Below, one piece after another: positions 24,632 through 37,674 of a DNA stretch of 64,000 nucleotides. Every line of letters begins with the position of its first letter. The stretch's first letter is position 1. The DNA comes from Podarcis gaigeae (Eukaryota). The notes beneath the pieces are model-generated. The model saw only the letters and a list, made by a program, of their open reading frames with translations, was not told the DNA's origin and did no database searches. Location: the NCBI GenBank assembly GCA_964106915.2, contig OZ066927.1; one strand, 5' to 3'. Position numbers and translations under genes: made by a program.

Positions 24632-27600
24632 AAAACCACAAACAACGGTGCAAAGCAAAAACAAAGACAAAAACAAAAACATATCAAATCAAAAACCTCC
24701 CTGAAAGGTTTCATTGTTCTGATGTCAAGTTTGTTGACTGTGCCCTTTGATCGTTGTGGGACACAGTGGGAGACTGTGGTCTGTATATGGATCAAAGCCG
24801 CCGCCTTGTGGGACTGGACCTCAGTCTGCACCATGCTGAAAAAGACCAAGGGGTTATATACAGTATATTATTATTTTTCTGTCACCAGATCACAGGGTTA
24901 TTCTTCTCCTCTGTTGGTCACTGTGTTCTTTCCCTCTGTTGGTCACGGTGTTTCCTGCAAGGCACAACAAGAGCAAAGCAGAGCAACAAAACAAAAACAA
25001 AAAGTTTCTTTTTTTAAAGTAAAGAACCTTGAAGGCGTCATCCTAGCAGTTGCACTTTGCTTATTTTTTTTTTATAAAAAAAAAGAACGAAACCGACCAA
25101 TTGAAGTCCAGCAACTTTAGCTGTGGCCCTTCCCACCTGGAATCCTTGTGACATCACAACATTCTGTTAAAGCCGCCTGCTAGATCAGTCACTCATGGTG
25201 GTGGCCAGGTCATGGGAGATGCCCCCGTGGAAGAGAAGATGGGGAGTACAGAAGATGCTTTAACAGAGTGAAGACCCTTGGTAAGAACAAAGCCAGCCCC
25301 CCTCCATCCCACTTCTGTCCCCACCCCACCCCTCCGTCCAACTAGCCCCAAGCTGTTACACAGAAACGATGGGTTTTTTTGTGACAATGGAGAAGTTCTG
25401 CTACCCTACCTGGAGGAAAAGATACCAGTGGCTTTGGGTTTGGGTTTTTTTTTTTAAAAAAAAATACAAATGTCCTAGGAGGATCTTTCTGTTTGTGTGT
25501 GCGCGTGCGTTTTGTGTGTTAGAGCCTCTCTTCAGCTATCTCAGTGTTCCATTTTTTTGTACACCAGCCTCTTCCCTGCTGCTTGTATAATGGCTTTACC
25601 TGGGGGGCGGGAGGTGTAGGGCAAGGCGGTGCTCTCCTGGACTTCACACCTGGATGGATGAGGAGTGGTGATCCCAGTCAGTGATACGTCAATAGGGCAG
25701 AGAAAGAGAAGCGTGGAAGGCCACGCAAGTGTATTTCCATACCCAATCTGCAAACCGACCGTCTCTTTTGCCTTCCTGAACACCTCCTTCCACCACCATA
25801 ACCTCCCATTTCTTTTCCACCGAGTTAGAGATGTATTATAATTCTGTCGTGCACACCAAATGGTTGGCTCAAGGCATACAAACTAAGCAAAGGGGGATCT
25901 GAGTCAAAATTCCATTGCTTATTCTCTGACATAAACACAAATATTGATTCTGGACTTGGATCAATATTAATATCTATATGTAGACACATTCCTTTCTTCT
26001 TATCATTTTAACTGCATCCCCAAAACTTATCATAATGGTGGGAGTGGAAGGGTAACCAATTCTTGAATACCACCCTCAGGAGTTTATTTTTAATTAAACA
26101 AAAAAAAAACCTCTATCTGGTAAGTATGTGTTCTATGAAATGACCAATAGCAGATAGAGTTCTCTTCCCACCCCTTCAGATTCCAGGTTGAACATGCTTT
26201 GAAGAAAATTTACTTATGCAAATCTGTTAAACACAGGCAGGCCTTCTGTTAAACAATTTGCAGGATTCTAGCAGGTGGTAGAGGGACATGAGGTCTCTTA
26301 TCAGCCCATGAGTAATGGAGACATCAATTTTCTCAAATGCTCTCTCCATATTTTGTAGTTTCCAAAATTGCTCATTCTGGTTGGTAACTTCATAGGCAGA
26401 GGGGGGAGAGAGAGAATTTTGAAGCTTGAGGTACCAGAGCTGAGGACATTCCACTAGTGTTGCCCTTTCATGCATCTGCTGGGATGTTCTCTTCAAATTT
26501 CTCCTCAGGATACTTCTCGAAAGCCATGCATCATTTTATTCCGTCTTTTGCCAGTTTGCGCAGATAGCCGAGTGAACTGGAGCCCAAATATAAAGCTAGC
26601 AGTTTTAATGAAATGACAGTGTAGACACAGGCCAGGCGTTTGCCTCCTTTTCAAGACTGGAGGAGTGGATTTGGTTGGAATTAAATAAGAAACAAAGCAA
26701 CCAAAATGTGGTTAATTCTGAGAGGCTCTTTGTCAAAGCAGAGAATGCTGGGAAACAATGTGGGCCTAATCTCCAGTTTGGGTTACATTCACAGGACCAT
26801 TTGTCTTGCTTGTTGTTGTTTCTCAACCCAGATCTGAGGCTAACTCAACGTGTCCTGGTGTTGGTATTACAAATTTTCAGGAACACCATTACATTTTTCC
26901 TCACTGTGCTCAACTTAAGGCATGTCCACACTCCCATTTGTCCCATGATTCCTAGTCACGAGTCTGAGAGGTTCTTCTTCTGTCCTACCACTTTCCCTCG
27001 GAAAACCCACCAGAGCAAACATCGGTTTGGTTTTCTGTGAATTGATGTTTGTCTCAGCTGAGTTTTCCCAGGGAAAGTGGCAGAACAAAAGAAAAGAAAA
27101 GAAAGAACCTCTCAAACCTGTAACTAGAGATCAAATGGAAGTGTGGCTGATCGTTGTTTCTCATGCTTCTGAGATCTATTGTACACTGAATTGAAACTGG
27201 AAGCACACTTTCGTCTTTTACCAGATAAGAAATATTTTTGTTGAAAGTGTGGAAAGAGAGCAGCTAAACACCTGCAGAGGAAACCACTCCTACTTTGTGT
27301 GGGTCGCTGTTTGGAGTGGTAGGCTGAGAACAGTGACTCTCACAGAGAGCCAACAGGAAGTTATGGCTGCTTTGTGTCTGCATCAGCAGCAGTTGATTTT
27401 TTCCAATCACACCCATAGCAGAAACTTGGCCAAATTTGAACACCCCCAGCAGAAGCTTGATTGCTCTGACCTTGCCTTCTCCCAAGGTGTGATGTAGAGA
27501 GTCAACAGATGTCCTACTCCATGGGTGGATCTGCTGAACTCACACTAGTCTTGAACGGTCGGGTTTATTTCTTTTGACACAGTTCTCACTGCGTAGTTTT

Positions 27601-27995
27601 GGAAGGACTGACTTGAGCAGTGGAAAAGTCTCTGGTAGTTCCTTAATGCTGAAAAGTGGGGCAGGGTGGGTAGGAGATCCAGGCCTTGGGCACTTGCAAT
27701 TGGTGGCTTTACGTCGCAGGTTTTAAGGGAAAAGTTGTTCCTGATTTTAATTATTGTAAATCATTACCTCATTTCCCACCAACGAGACTCCTCCACCCCT
27801 GATCATTTCTCTTCTCTTATACCATGTCTGTCATCTTGTGCTATGAAAATGGGAACATCCCCTTTCACAGAGACTCTAGGGGTCTTTGATGTCTAGTTTC
27901 TTAATAAACACTTTATTTTCTAATTAAACTGCTGCACGGAGTCTTTCCTTTTGAAAGCAAAACAAATCAATAAAATTCCCAATGACGTGTCTTTT
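24632..27995 (+). other. NTRK3: Putative 3' UTR of TrkC.T1 (end uncertain: about 26120 or about 27925-28285)
   Basis: No recognisable transposon from the stop codon to about 28400, unlike the flanks. U/A-rich tracts. Candidate polyA signals ATTAAA 26093-26098 and AATAAA 27903-27908, 27969-27974, 28259-28264. Confidence 0.6.
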
Positions 27996-30860
27996 CTCAT
28001 CATTGCTACAGAAGCCAAATGGCATGTGCTGTAGGGAGAAATGAAATTATTCGTCATGTGGCGGATGCTATTTGACCTTTAAGCTGGTCCACACAGACAT
28101 GTATGCACCACTTAATAACTTGACACTTGCTGGCTAGCAGTTGAATGTGTGAACTGAGTCCACTGAAAGGCACTGCATTGTGAGGAGATACTGTTGTCAA
28201 GCAGAGTGAAATAGAGCTGTAATTAATCACCAGTGGGCTGAGATTGTGCTGGTAAAGTAATAAAGCTAATTTATGCAGATAAAACAAGCTAATTCATTAA
28301 GGTAATTTACAAAGATTCAAATCAGTGCAATTGTTTCTTAGCTGGCCAGGCAAAGGGGCCCCTCTGGAGTTCTTCTTGGCTCTTATAATGTCTTCAAGAA
28401 TGATGAATGAATGGAAATTTTCATTTGCCCAACCTTGGACCCTCAGCTATTGTTGTACTACAACTACCAGTAACCATTGACCATGCTAGCTAGGGATGAT
28501 TAAAGTTGTAGTCCAACAGCACCTGATGACTCAAGGTTGGGGACAGCTAATCTATGCCATCTCACTGAGGAGGAATGGTCACTAACCATTGAGCCAATTC
28601 TCCTGTTCTAGGGACATCAACCAGCCAATCACATTTAGAAGTAAAATTTCATAACCTTTTCCCAAGTTATGGTAGGTTCACATTGTAGCATTGTGATAAT
28701 GTGGTGAAAATGTTATGGGGGTCAATTGTACCAAGATTGTGATGATTTATGGTCCCGCACAGCTACAGTAAGTGCATCTCTGAGATGGATTCTTTTCCGT
28801 AAGATGGTTCCTTTCACATAATGGTGAGAACTTGATTCAGGCATTCTAGTAAGCAGGCTGATGATGAGTAGCAATACCAAAGTTTCATGTAAATAATTGC
28901 TGATGAGTTTTCACATGTGGAGGTCATTGCAACTCTTCCATCAGCCAGCAATGAACATATGCATGTAAGCCATCTTTGAACCCTTCTTCTTCCTCTTTTT
29001 TTTTCCAGAGTGGCTTAGGGATGCCAACAGTAGGGAGATTACATGGACTAGAGATGCATTATTTTTATAATAAATTAAAAAATCAATATCAGTTGCATTT
29101 ATCTGGACAACTGGTACCTTTCTTACCATAAGGAGAAATTAATGGATGTGCAGAATATTGATAGTTCCAACTTATTTTAAAAAAAAAGTTATGTATTTTA
29201 TTCTGAGGCAGCAGAACAACAGATGAACTGGACAAAGGAGAAGCCCTAACCCCACATAGTAGCTGTGAATTTCTTCTTAAGTGAAATCTGGTAATGATCA
29301 CTGGATGTGTGAGGCCTTCCTTGAGAAAGATCCATTGCTTGTACCAAAATCATTGTTTGGCTTCCTTCAAAACCCCTCTAACAATTTTGACTGTAGGGGA
29401 ACAATCACATTAACTTCATGTGTTGCTTTGGACAACTATTTGGAGCCAACTCAAGCCAGTCGCATAATCACAGGTCAGCAGTTGGCTGAAGAAGCTATCT
29501 GTAGAGGTGAAAGATGGTTGCAGGAAGCAACTTTTAAGGGCAAATGAGGACATGTCCTTTTAAAGTGGTGGGGGAATTTGAAGTTTTGTTCTTTAGTTGC
29601 TTGGCCTTATCTAGCCAGAACTCTCAAGCTGTTTTCAGCTGTGCATATTCTTGTTACTTAAGGGGTCTGAGATGTTTCTGTTGATTATTTCATTTTTCCT
29701 TGTGGCCTTGCTAGAGTTTTAAAATGTCCCTAGAAGGCTCTGTCAGAATGGAGGACAGTAGCCTTCAACTGTGATGTGTAGATGTAAAGTTGCTCATAGA
29801 TTAAGTTAAATTCATGTCACCCAGAGACTACCCCCTTTTGTCTCTCTAGAGTGGAGAAGGATATTGAGATTCCTCAGGGATGATATGAAAGGCCCCTCTT
29901 GTCTTTGTGTCATACCAAGCTGGAAATAACTTTTTCAGTGGCTACGTGAGCCATCAGATACAAAAACTACTTTTTACTGCTGCCAATCTACCACTGTCTC
30001 TGAGGGTCCTTGAGAACTTCAGGGAAAATCCAAGATGGGGAATTGTTTGAACATCAGAAGATGTTGCACCAGCAGTTTCACCACAGCTATCATGGGAGCG
30101 GGAGAAATATAGGAAGTTTTGATGGTCTCACACTAGTCCCTACCTAATAAGTAAAAAAAAAGACATTACTTTTGATGGTCTTTTTGATATCCAAAGCTGG
30201 CTTTCAGACATTATACATCCTGCTGGCACCTGGGGCAGGTTTTCTTCACCCTTTTCTCCCTTCTATTCACATCTAATTAGGGTATCTTCTGTGAATGGTG
30301 AGTAGATGCAGTGAACAGTAGAGTAACTATGAATTTCTGTGTCCAGGGAAAGCTCCAAGGGAAGCCCCACCACCACATCCATAAGGAAATTTGGCATTGG
30401 GGTAAGTTGGGAATGGTTAAGGACAGGACCTTAAAGATTGCTGCTGCTGAAATTCCATGTTCCCACTGCTCAAATAGACTGCTCCTACTTGGAAACTTAT
30501 GTCTGTCTCTCTTTTCAGAGGCTTGGGTATGCTACACTCTACTACACTCTAGAGGTGTTCACACATTACTTTCATCAAGTGTGCAATCACTGGACCTGTG
30601 TCCACACTAATTGAGCTCTACACACATGCAGTTATTCACATGAAGTGCTCAGCAGATGTAGTCTGTGTAGACAACCGTTGAGCTGTGCAAGTAAACAAGT
30701 GTACACTCCTTCACACAAACACTTTTACATGTGTAGAGACAGCTTGTGCCTGTGCCTTCTGCTATGCTTCAACATATGAAGCAGTCTTATACCAGGCTGT
30801 CCATCTACTGTATCTCAGTATTGCCTACTCTGACTGACAGTGAGTCTTCAGGTTCACAGC

Positions 30861-31212
30861 CAAGGGGTGTGGAGTCTTTTTGGCTCCAGGAAGTCAAATC
30901 TGCATCTGGCCTCACCCCGTGAGGCATCTTTGGCAGGTGAGTGGGACAACCTGATTATCCTTCACAAGACATCCCTATGACATCACATGATTGAGAAGAG
31001 GGTTGTCTCACCCATTTCTCAAAAGCCATCATGCAAGTTTCCCAAGTGCCTGACAGCCAGCTTCGGTGATGAGGAGGGGAGAAAGAAGCCTGCATTTTGC
31101 AGGCATCAAATGCAGGTCCCTTAACTGCCTATCAGCTGATGTCACTCAGGTCAAATTGAACTCCCTGGTTGAACAAGACTGGCCTGCAGGTTGGATATTC
31201 CTCCACCCCTGG
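30861..31212. mobile_element. Degenerate hAT-like MITE
   Basis: Ends CAAGGGGTGTGGAG / CTCCACCCCTG. Confidence 0.5.
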
Positions 31213-33488
31213 GCTACCAGATCCTTTAAACTGCAGACTGAATGCAGGATTTCCTGCATGCTTTGGCCTCTCCACACTCCAGTGAGTCACCAATGAAAAG
31301 CTGGAATGTTGCCACTCTGTCTGGTCTGCTTAACTTATTGACCCTCTGAACAAGCTAGCATATGACTTATCATCCACTGCAAAAATAAAAATGCTGAAAA
31401 ATGCTTTTCTCCAAAGAAAACACTGCAGAAGTGAACAGTCAATATGTATTGCATTATCTTTGATCCTTGTTTTGTTCTCTGCCAACCTCTCCCACCTCTT
31501 CCCAGCTGAGGTTGTAGCAGGGTAAGTGCTGGTTATTGCCCTACCCTTCCTACACTAGGCCTGTGTAGCACACATTGATTTACGATTTTACGTCAACATA
31601 GGATTGGAAGAATCAGGTGGGATGTCAAAAGTGGGTGATGGTGTAGCAGTGAGGAGGGTGGGAGAAGGAGACACACAGGCAGCAAAAGCAACTCTGTTAC
31701 CTTAATGGCCTTTCCCCATTTGCAAGGCTCATTCACCACCCTAATACGCTACTGCTTCTTCAGTGCATGTTTAGGACTTCTTCCTACTTTACTCTGTGAT
31801 TTCAACCAATCAGGGAACACATAGTGAACCTGATGATGCCATGGAGCCACATGGCCAATTGTGTTTGTCCCATGGGACAATGTCATTGACAGCAAATTAA
31901 ACCATCTCGGAGGGGGAAACACCTCTTTGTTGTCCAGATCATTGAGCTGATGCTTTCTGTCTTGCTGTTTCTGCAGGCTACAAAGGTGATGGGAACTGTC
32001 AGTGTGTTTTGGTGCAAGTCTCTCAAGCCAATCTAGTTCTAATGGGAGATAATTATGCATGACTAGTTCGGGAAGAATGTGTATGGGTAGGCACATCTGA
32101 AGTGTTCCTGAACATGCATCCCACTGACAGTAATGAAGTGTGGATGTCTGGCATCAAAATGAACATCCCTGTACGCACTATAAACCGACTTGCATGGCAG
32201 GATCAGGGCAAGGGGAACTGTTTATTCTGATGCCTTGGCAACAGGGGCGCATCCCCTCTTTCCCCAAACTCCTCCTTCTCCTCCCTGCACCCTGCTAACA
32301 GCTTAACACCCTTCTGTAGAATGGTGTCGACGTTGCAAAGAAATGTGATGCATGTTTTGTGGGAAGCAGGTGAAAAATGATTACGCCCCCCCACCTCCCC
32401 TGCTTGCGCACAATATATTGCTATAATTATTATAAGACATCAACAAGAAAGAGAATATCCCCAACAAATACTCTTCAATTTATATATTGTTTGTTTTCCA
32501 GTGTATATGGATAGTTTATATTGAAGTTGTTTTTCACAAATTCTCCAAAGACACACCCTCCAACCTGCTCTGGGGAAATCCAAAAGGATGTACCTGCCTT
32601 CTCCACCCTCCCTTGGCCCCAGTGTCCACTGGGACTTCCATCTTTGCCCTTTTGAATCCAGGAATCCGGAAAGATCAAAGTTCCCAAGAAGGCTTGTACA
32701 CCCTTAGAGAATCATAAGCCCCCAGAGCTCTGGCAATGTCAACATAGCATCTTCCTCTCATTTCGATCTGAACTTTTGATGCCGTCTGCAGGTGCTTCAG
32801 GTTAAACTCAGGTATTAGAAAGGGATAAAAAGTAGTTCATATGGTGGTAAAGTGCTAAGCAGAGGCTCAAAGGAGTGGAGGAAAAGTGTGTGAAAGACAA
32901 ATTGATGGACGGAGGGCAGCACCCCTTTTTATGAGTTGTTTGTTTGTTTACTAGTTTGCACATTCCCAGCTCTGGCTTGTGTAATCAGTAGAGATGCCCT
33001 CCTTCCCTTGTTATTTGCCAACCCTCCAAGGTCTCAATCAATCAGCATAAAAGTTTAACAAGTTGCAAGAGTAATGACCAGAGATTCTCTGAAGGGGAAA
33101 TTTATCTACTAGGGGTTAGCTTGAGAGCATTACTAATGGAAAGAGTCTGTTTGTTTATGGCAGGGGGAGGGTAGTGAGGTAGTGGGAATACATAATAACC
33201 CTATTCATACATTTACTTGTTTGTAGGGTGTTCATGTTTAGCAGCAGTAGTAGAGAATACTACTTCTGCCTGTGCCCCGATGGAGCACAAAAAACAGGAT
33301 ACCTGATAATGCTGATGTCCTGTTCCCATGGAACCCATATGTATGAGCAGCTACTTCCTTAGTGTTCACTTTTCTGATCTTCATACAGAACCTTGGGAAG
33401 AGAGCAGAAGGCCTAGTGACAGGGACACACAACATCGGGGTGGGTTGGATGCATAGCCCTGCTCCTGCGTGTGATCCCGGCACACAGT

Positions 33489-34100
33489 TAAGAGCACATT
33501 AAGAGCCCAGCTGAATCAGGCCAATGGCCCATCTAGTCCAGCATCCTGTTTTCACAGTGGCCACCCAGATGCCCATGGGAAACAGGACCTGGGTGCAACA
33601 GGACTCTCCCAGCAACTGGTAATTCAGAAGCATTACTGCCTCTGTCAATGGAAGCAAAGCATAGCCGCCATGGCCAGCACCACTGATAGCCTTCTCCTAG
33701 ATGAATTTGTCCAATTGATGGTCATCACTGCCTCTGGGGGGAGGGAGTTCCGTAGTTCACACACTGCATGAAGAAGTACTTTCCTTTATTGGTCCTGAAT
33801 TTTGCAACATTCAGCTTCTTTGAATGGCCATGAGCTCTTGTACTCTGTGTGTTTGTGTGTGAGAGAGAAAAAAACCTTTCTCTGTGTACTTTCTCTATGC
33901 CATGCACAATTTTTAAACTTCTATCAGGCCACCTCTTGCCTTTTCTCTAAATCAAATATCCCAGATGTTGCTACCTTCCCTCATAGCTGAGTCAATGCAT
34001 CCCCTTGATAGTTTTGGTTTCCCTTTTCTGAATCTTTTCCAACTCTGCAAGAACTTTTTTTGGGGTTCGTTGACCAGAACAGAACACAGTATTCTAAAAC
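33489..34100 (-). mobile_element. CR1/L3 LINE 3' fragment
   Basis: ORF remnants MHGIEKVHRERFFSLS..TRAHGHSKKLNVAKFRTNKGKYFF and VLEYCVLFWS; shared 3' UTR. Confidence 0.8.
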
Positions 34101-34621
34101 TATTCCAGAAAAGTATGTGAACAAGCCTAAGTTATACATGGACCATTTTCTTTTTCCTTCTAAAGAGCGTTTCAAACATGTGCCTCAACAACCCAGATGT
34201 GAAGTTGTATATGTAGTGATGCTTGAGGAATCCAATCTTTGCAAATCCTGATACAAACTGGCCTCATGTACCCAGAACAATGGCCTGACTCAGGAGGCTT
34301 CCTCTTATGCCACCTCACTGTGTCTGAAGTGTTTTGGGGATCACAAAGTCAACAAAATGCAGGGATTAAAAGCTTTTCCTAGACAGTGCATCCTTTTAAT
34401 GCTCCTGCACCCACCCATACAGAAACACTCCCCCTATGGAAGAACAGTGGGATCAGGCCAGAGTCTGAAGCCAGAGGAAACCTCATTGGTCCCTTTGCTC
34501 CACCTGACAACTTCTGAACCAGTTCATAGGCCACTGTACCTCTTCCTCATCACCATCAGTGGGCAGGCCAGCAGGTCTCTCTTCTGTCATGCTACCCCAG
34601 AGGAAGCTAAGGTCACCACTT

Positions 34622-34926
34622 CAGAGGCATAGCAAGGTCAGGTGGTACCCGGTGCAGATGTTTTTTGTCACCCCTCCCCATTGACGTCTCGGGGTAGGCT
34701 TGGGAGTCATGGGCAGGCGGTGTGCCGAATGTCCCCCTCGGCGTGCTGCCCGCCTGCAACTCCCAAGCCTACCCCGAGCTGTCAAAATGAAGGCAAAGCG
34801 GCACAGCTCCTCCCTTGCCCCGACGGCTCGGGGTAGGCTTGGGAATCACCAGTGTGCAGCGAGTCGAATGTCACCCCCCTTAGCGATGACACCCGGAGCA
34901 TTCCACCCCCCCTTCCTATGGCTCTG
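34622..34926. mobile_element. GC-rich hAT-like MITE
   Basis: TIR CAGAGGCATAGCAAGG / CCTTCCTATGGCTCTG; degenerate 8-bp TSD CACCACTT/CACTGCTT; internal repeats of CTCGGGGTAGGCTTGGGA in both orientations. Confidence 0.7.
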
Positions 34927-36797
34927 CACTGCTTCAAGACCCATAGCTTTGTACAGATCAGTGTCAACCCTAAGTACAGTCATTATGCACAATGGCCCTT
35001 GGAAACAGTGGTGAGAAGTGGGGTAGTGGTGGTTTGTTGCTGTTGTTTTCCCCCTCCTGCCATGTTCCAGAACACTGAGTCCAACCTAAATAAGTGTTGA
35101 CGGAACTGTTGTTAAATCAGCTTAGAGACCCGCAGGCAGCCTCAGGCTTGTAAATGCACAATTTGTGAGCCTTATTTTCATGTGACTTTACAATAATTCA
35201 TGTCTTCCCAAGTCATTATTTTAATATTTAACTAACTAGTAGCATTACCTTATGGCTGTCAACCCTGCATTACTTAAACACTGGAAATAATGGATGGCAA
35301 AGAGGGAATTATAAATCCACAAATGACAGCCGGCAAACAATGAATTCAGCAGGCGAGGAAATGAAGGATCTATTTGCAAAATTCCAAAGTCGACTTTGCA
35401 TCCTGTTTGAATTTGGGATAAGCAATAACTGCAGCGTTTGTTTTGAGAATTAGTTTTTGGATTGAATATAGATGACAGGAATGAGCCATAGACCATACAG
35501 GGTATGAGTCCAAAACTTGGTCAGGTGAGTAACTCATTTAACAGGTGAAAGAAGAACACACTCTTAAGCCCTTGGACTTACCCTTTATTAGGAAAGAGGG
35601 GATAAGTTTAATTCAGTTCACATTTAAAGTGACCTAATTCACACTTTCTGAAACAATGCATGAACCAAAATGTATGAATCTTCTGAAATTTGCACTTTTT
35701 ACATTTGGTAGCCAGGTAATGTGTGCAAAGATGCATATTTGGTACAGGGTTTATGTGTGCATAAAAATGCTTTGGATACTTTGGGGAGAATCTGCTTTAG
35801 AAAAATGTGGGTATTAGGCAAAATTGCAAACAAGAATGTGCTTATTAGGAGAAATTTGTGCTAATTTTTTAATTAGGACCTTTAAAAAAAAACACAACCT
35901 GATGTGAAAATGGAAATATGGATAACTGAACATAAAACTGGGGAAAATGAGAACCTGGGAGAAATCACCATCCCATATTCTCTGGCAGTGTTTTAAATGA
36001 GGGAGCATTCAGAAATTCAGTCTTCCATTGGTAATAATACTAGTACAACCCAGCAATATTTATTCATCACATGGGACTGCTAAATATGTTTTTCACCTCC
36101 TTCACCCTGTTCCATCCACTGTGCCAGAATTTTCACATCCTGGAATAGCAGCATTGCTCCTGCTCCCCCCCCCCTTTCCCCCCTTTTTTCGTTAACCGCT
36201 GTTCTAGGAGTCGTTCTGGAAAACAGCCATAGTGGTCAAATTGTGTGAAGATATTGCAGTCATAATTATATTCATGTTGATACTGATGATAAATAATGAA
36301 TATGCTTTCCCCCCAAAACCCAGTTTGCTTGCTCAAGTACATGAGATTAATTGATGGGGAGGGAAACTACCAAGACCTCATTCTTGACACACATGCTCCA
36401 TTCAAAATTAATTTGGTTTGCAAAATAAAAATTGAAATGTGGGTTCAGAAACAGGGAAGGGGAGTGGAATAAAGTCCAAGTACTCAAAGGCAACACCAGA
36501 CTCATTGCCTGTAGATGGAAACCACTGGTCTCCACATGGGAAACATGCAACAGTCATATTGCTTGTCTGAGCCAGTTTGCTTCTCGAAGTTCTGGAGTTC
36601 CCTGGAAACTCACAAACAGATGTTGCCAGGCTTCAGGGAATCCGATCCCTCCCATGGTGGCAGCCAAGAAGTAGATAAACAAGAAGACTTCTTACCAAGT
36701 CTTTTATTCAATATTCACAGAGAGAGAAGAAGGAATGTGGTCTCTCTTAGATAATGGTGTTGCTTCATGTAAAGTCCCACTCGCTCAGTCCCTCCTA

Positions 36798-37039
36798 CAG
36801 TAGTACCTCTGGTTACGAACGCTTCTGGTTACGAACGTTTCAGGTCACAAGCTCTGCTAACCCGGAAGTAGCCACTCCTGGTTGTGAACTTTGCCCCAGG
36901 ATGTGAACGGAAATTGCTCACCTCTGGTGTGCGCACAGTGGGAGGCTCCATTAGCGAGAGCGTACCTCAGGATAAGAACAGTTCCCGCTTAAGAACGGAC
37001 CTCTGGAATGAATTAAGTTTGTAACCAGAGGTAGCACTG
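36798..37039 (+). mobile_element. Tc1/mariner (Tigger-like) MITE
   Basis: TA|CAGTAGTACCTCTGG...CCAGAGGTAGCACTG|TA; related to 59349-59574. Confidence 0.85.
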
Positions 37040-37674
37040 TATTCTATGTCACCCCTGTGCTCTTCACACCCTCATGGGATTCAAAAGGAGATTCCCAACC
37101 TCCTGTGTGGCTAGGAGCCTTAGAAAAAGAAGCTCCCTGTCAATGCCAATGGAGACTTTCCCCTCCTAGAGCATTGATCTCCATTCTGATCTTGGAGGGA
37201 GAGTGAAGAATGGAGCTTCTCCACCCTTAGTACCACCTTCGTAGTGAGAATTGGTCTCTTCCCATATAGTTAGTTGAGATAAAACACGATACACCTATTT
37301 AAGTGCATGTCTCTTTGCCATGAAAACACCACGGCTGACGTCCTAAAAATGTTGGAAACAACTGAGAAAGGAATGTGCTACAAGATGAAGGTAAGTTGGC
37401 TACATACCAGTGACTTGCTTGCACCAGCAGCTTTGGAAGGAAAGAGTATTGGTTTCCCTTTGGTTTCCCATTCCCTAGAATGGGAAGAAATGAATACTCC
37501 TGGGACCAAAGATTCCTGCTTAGAGTGAGAAAAACTGTATGAATCCAAAACTGTGCAGTGTCCTTGTTACAAGAGTAGGTTCCATATGATAGGTGGGAGC
37601 CAGTTCAATTGTCTGGGCTTGTAGCATTCCTCTCTAGAAAGGAGTAGCATGTAGATCTCTAAGGATTAGACTGA

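Noticed and set aside
25601-25748. Minus-strand exon-like segment (acceptor TTTGCAG, donor GTAAAG), plus a minus-strand acceptor near 24836
   Set aside because: The translations match nothing I recognise. The region is better explained as the + strand T1 3' UTR, although an antisense transcript cannot be excluded.
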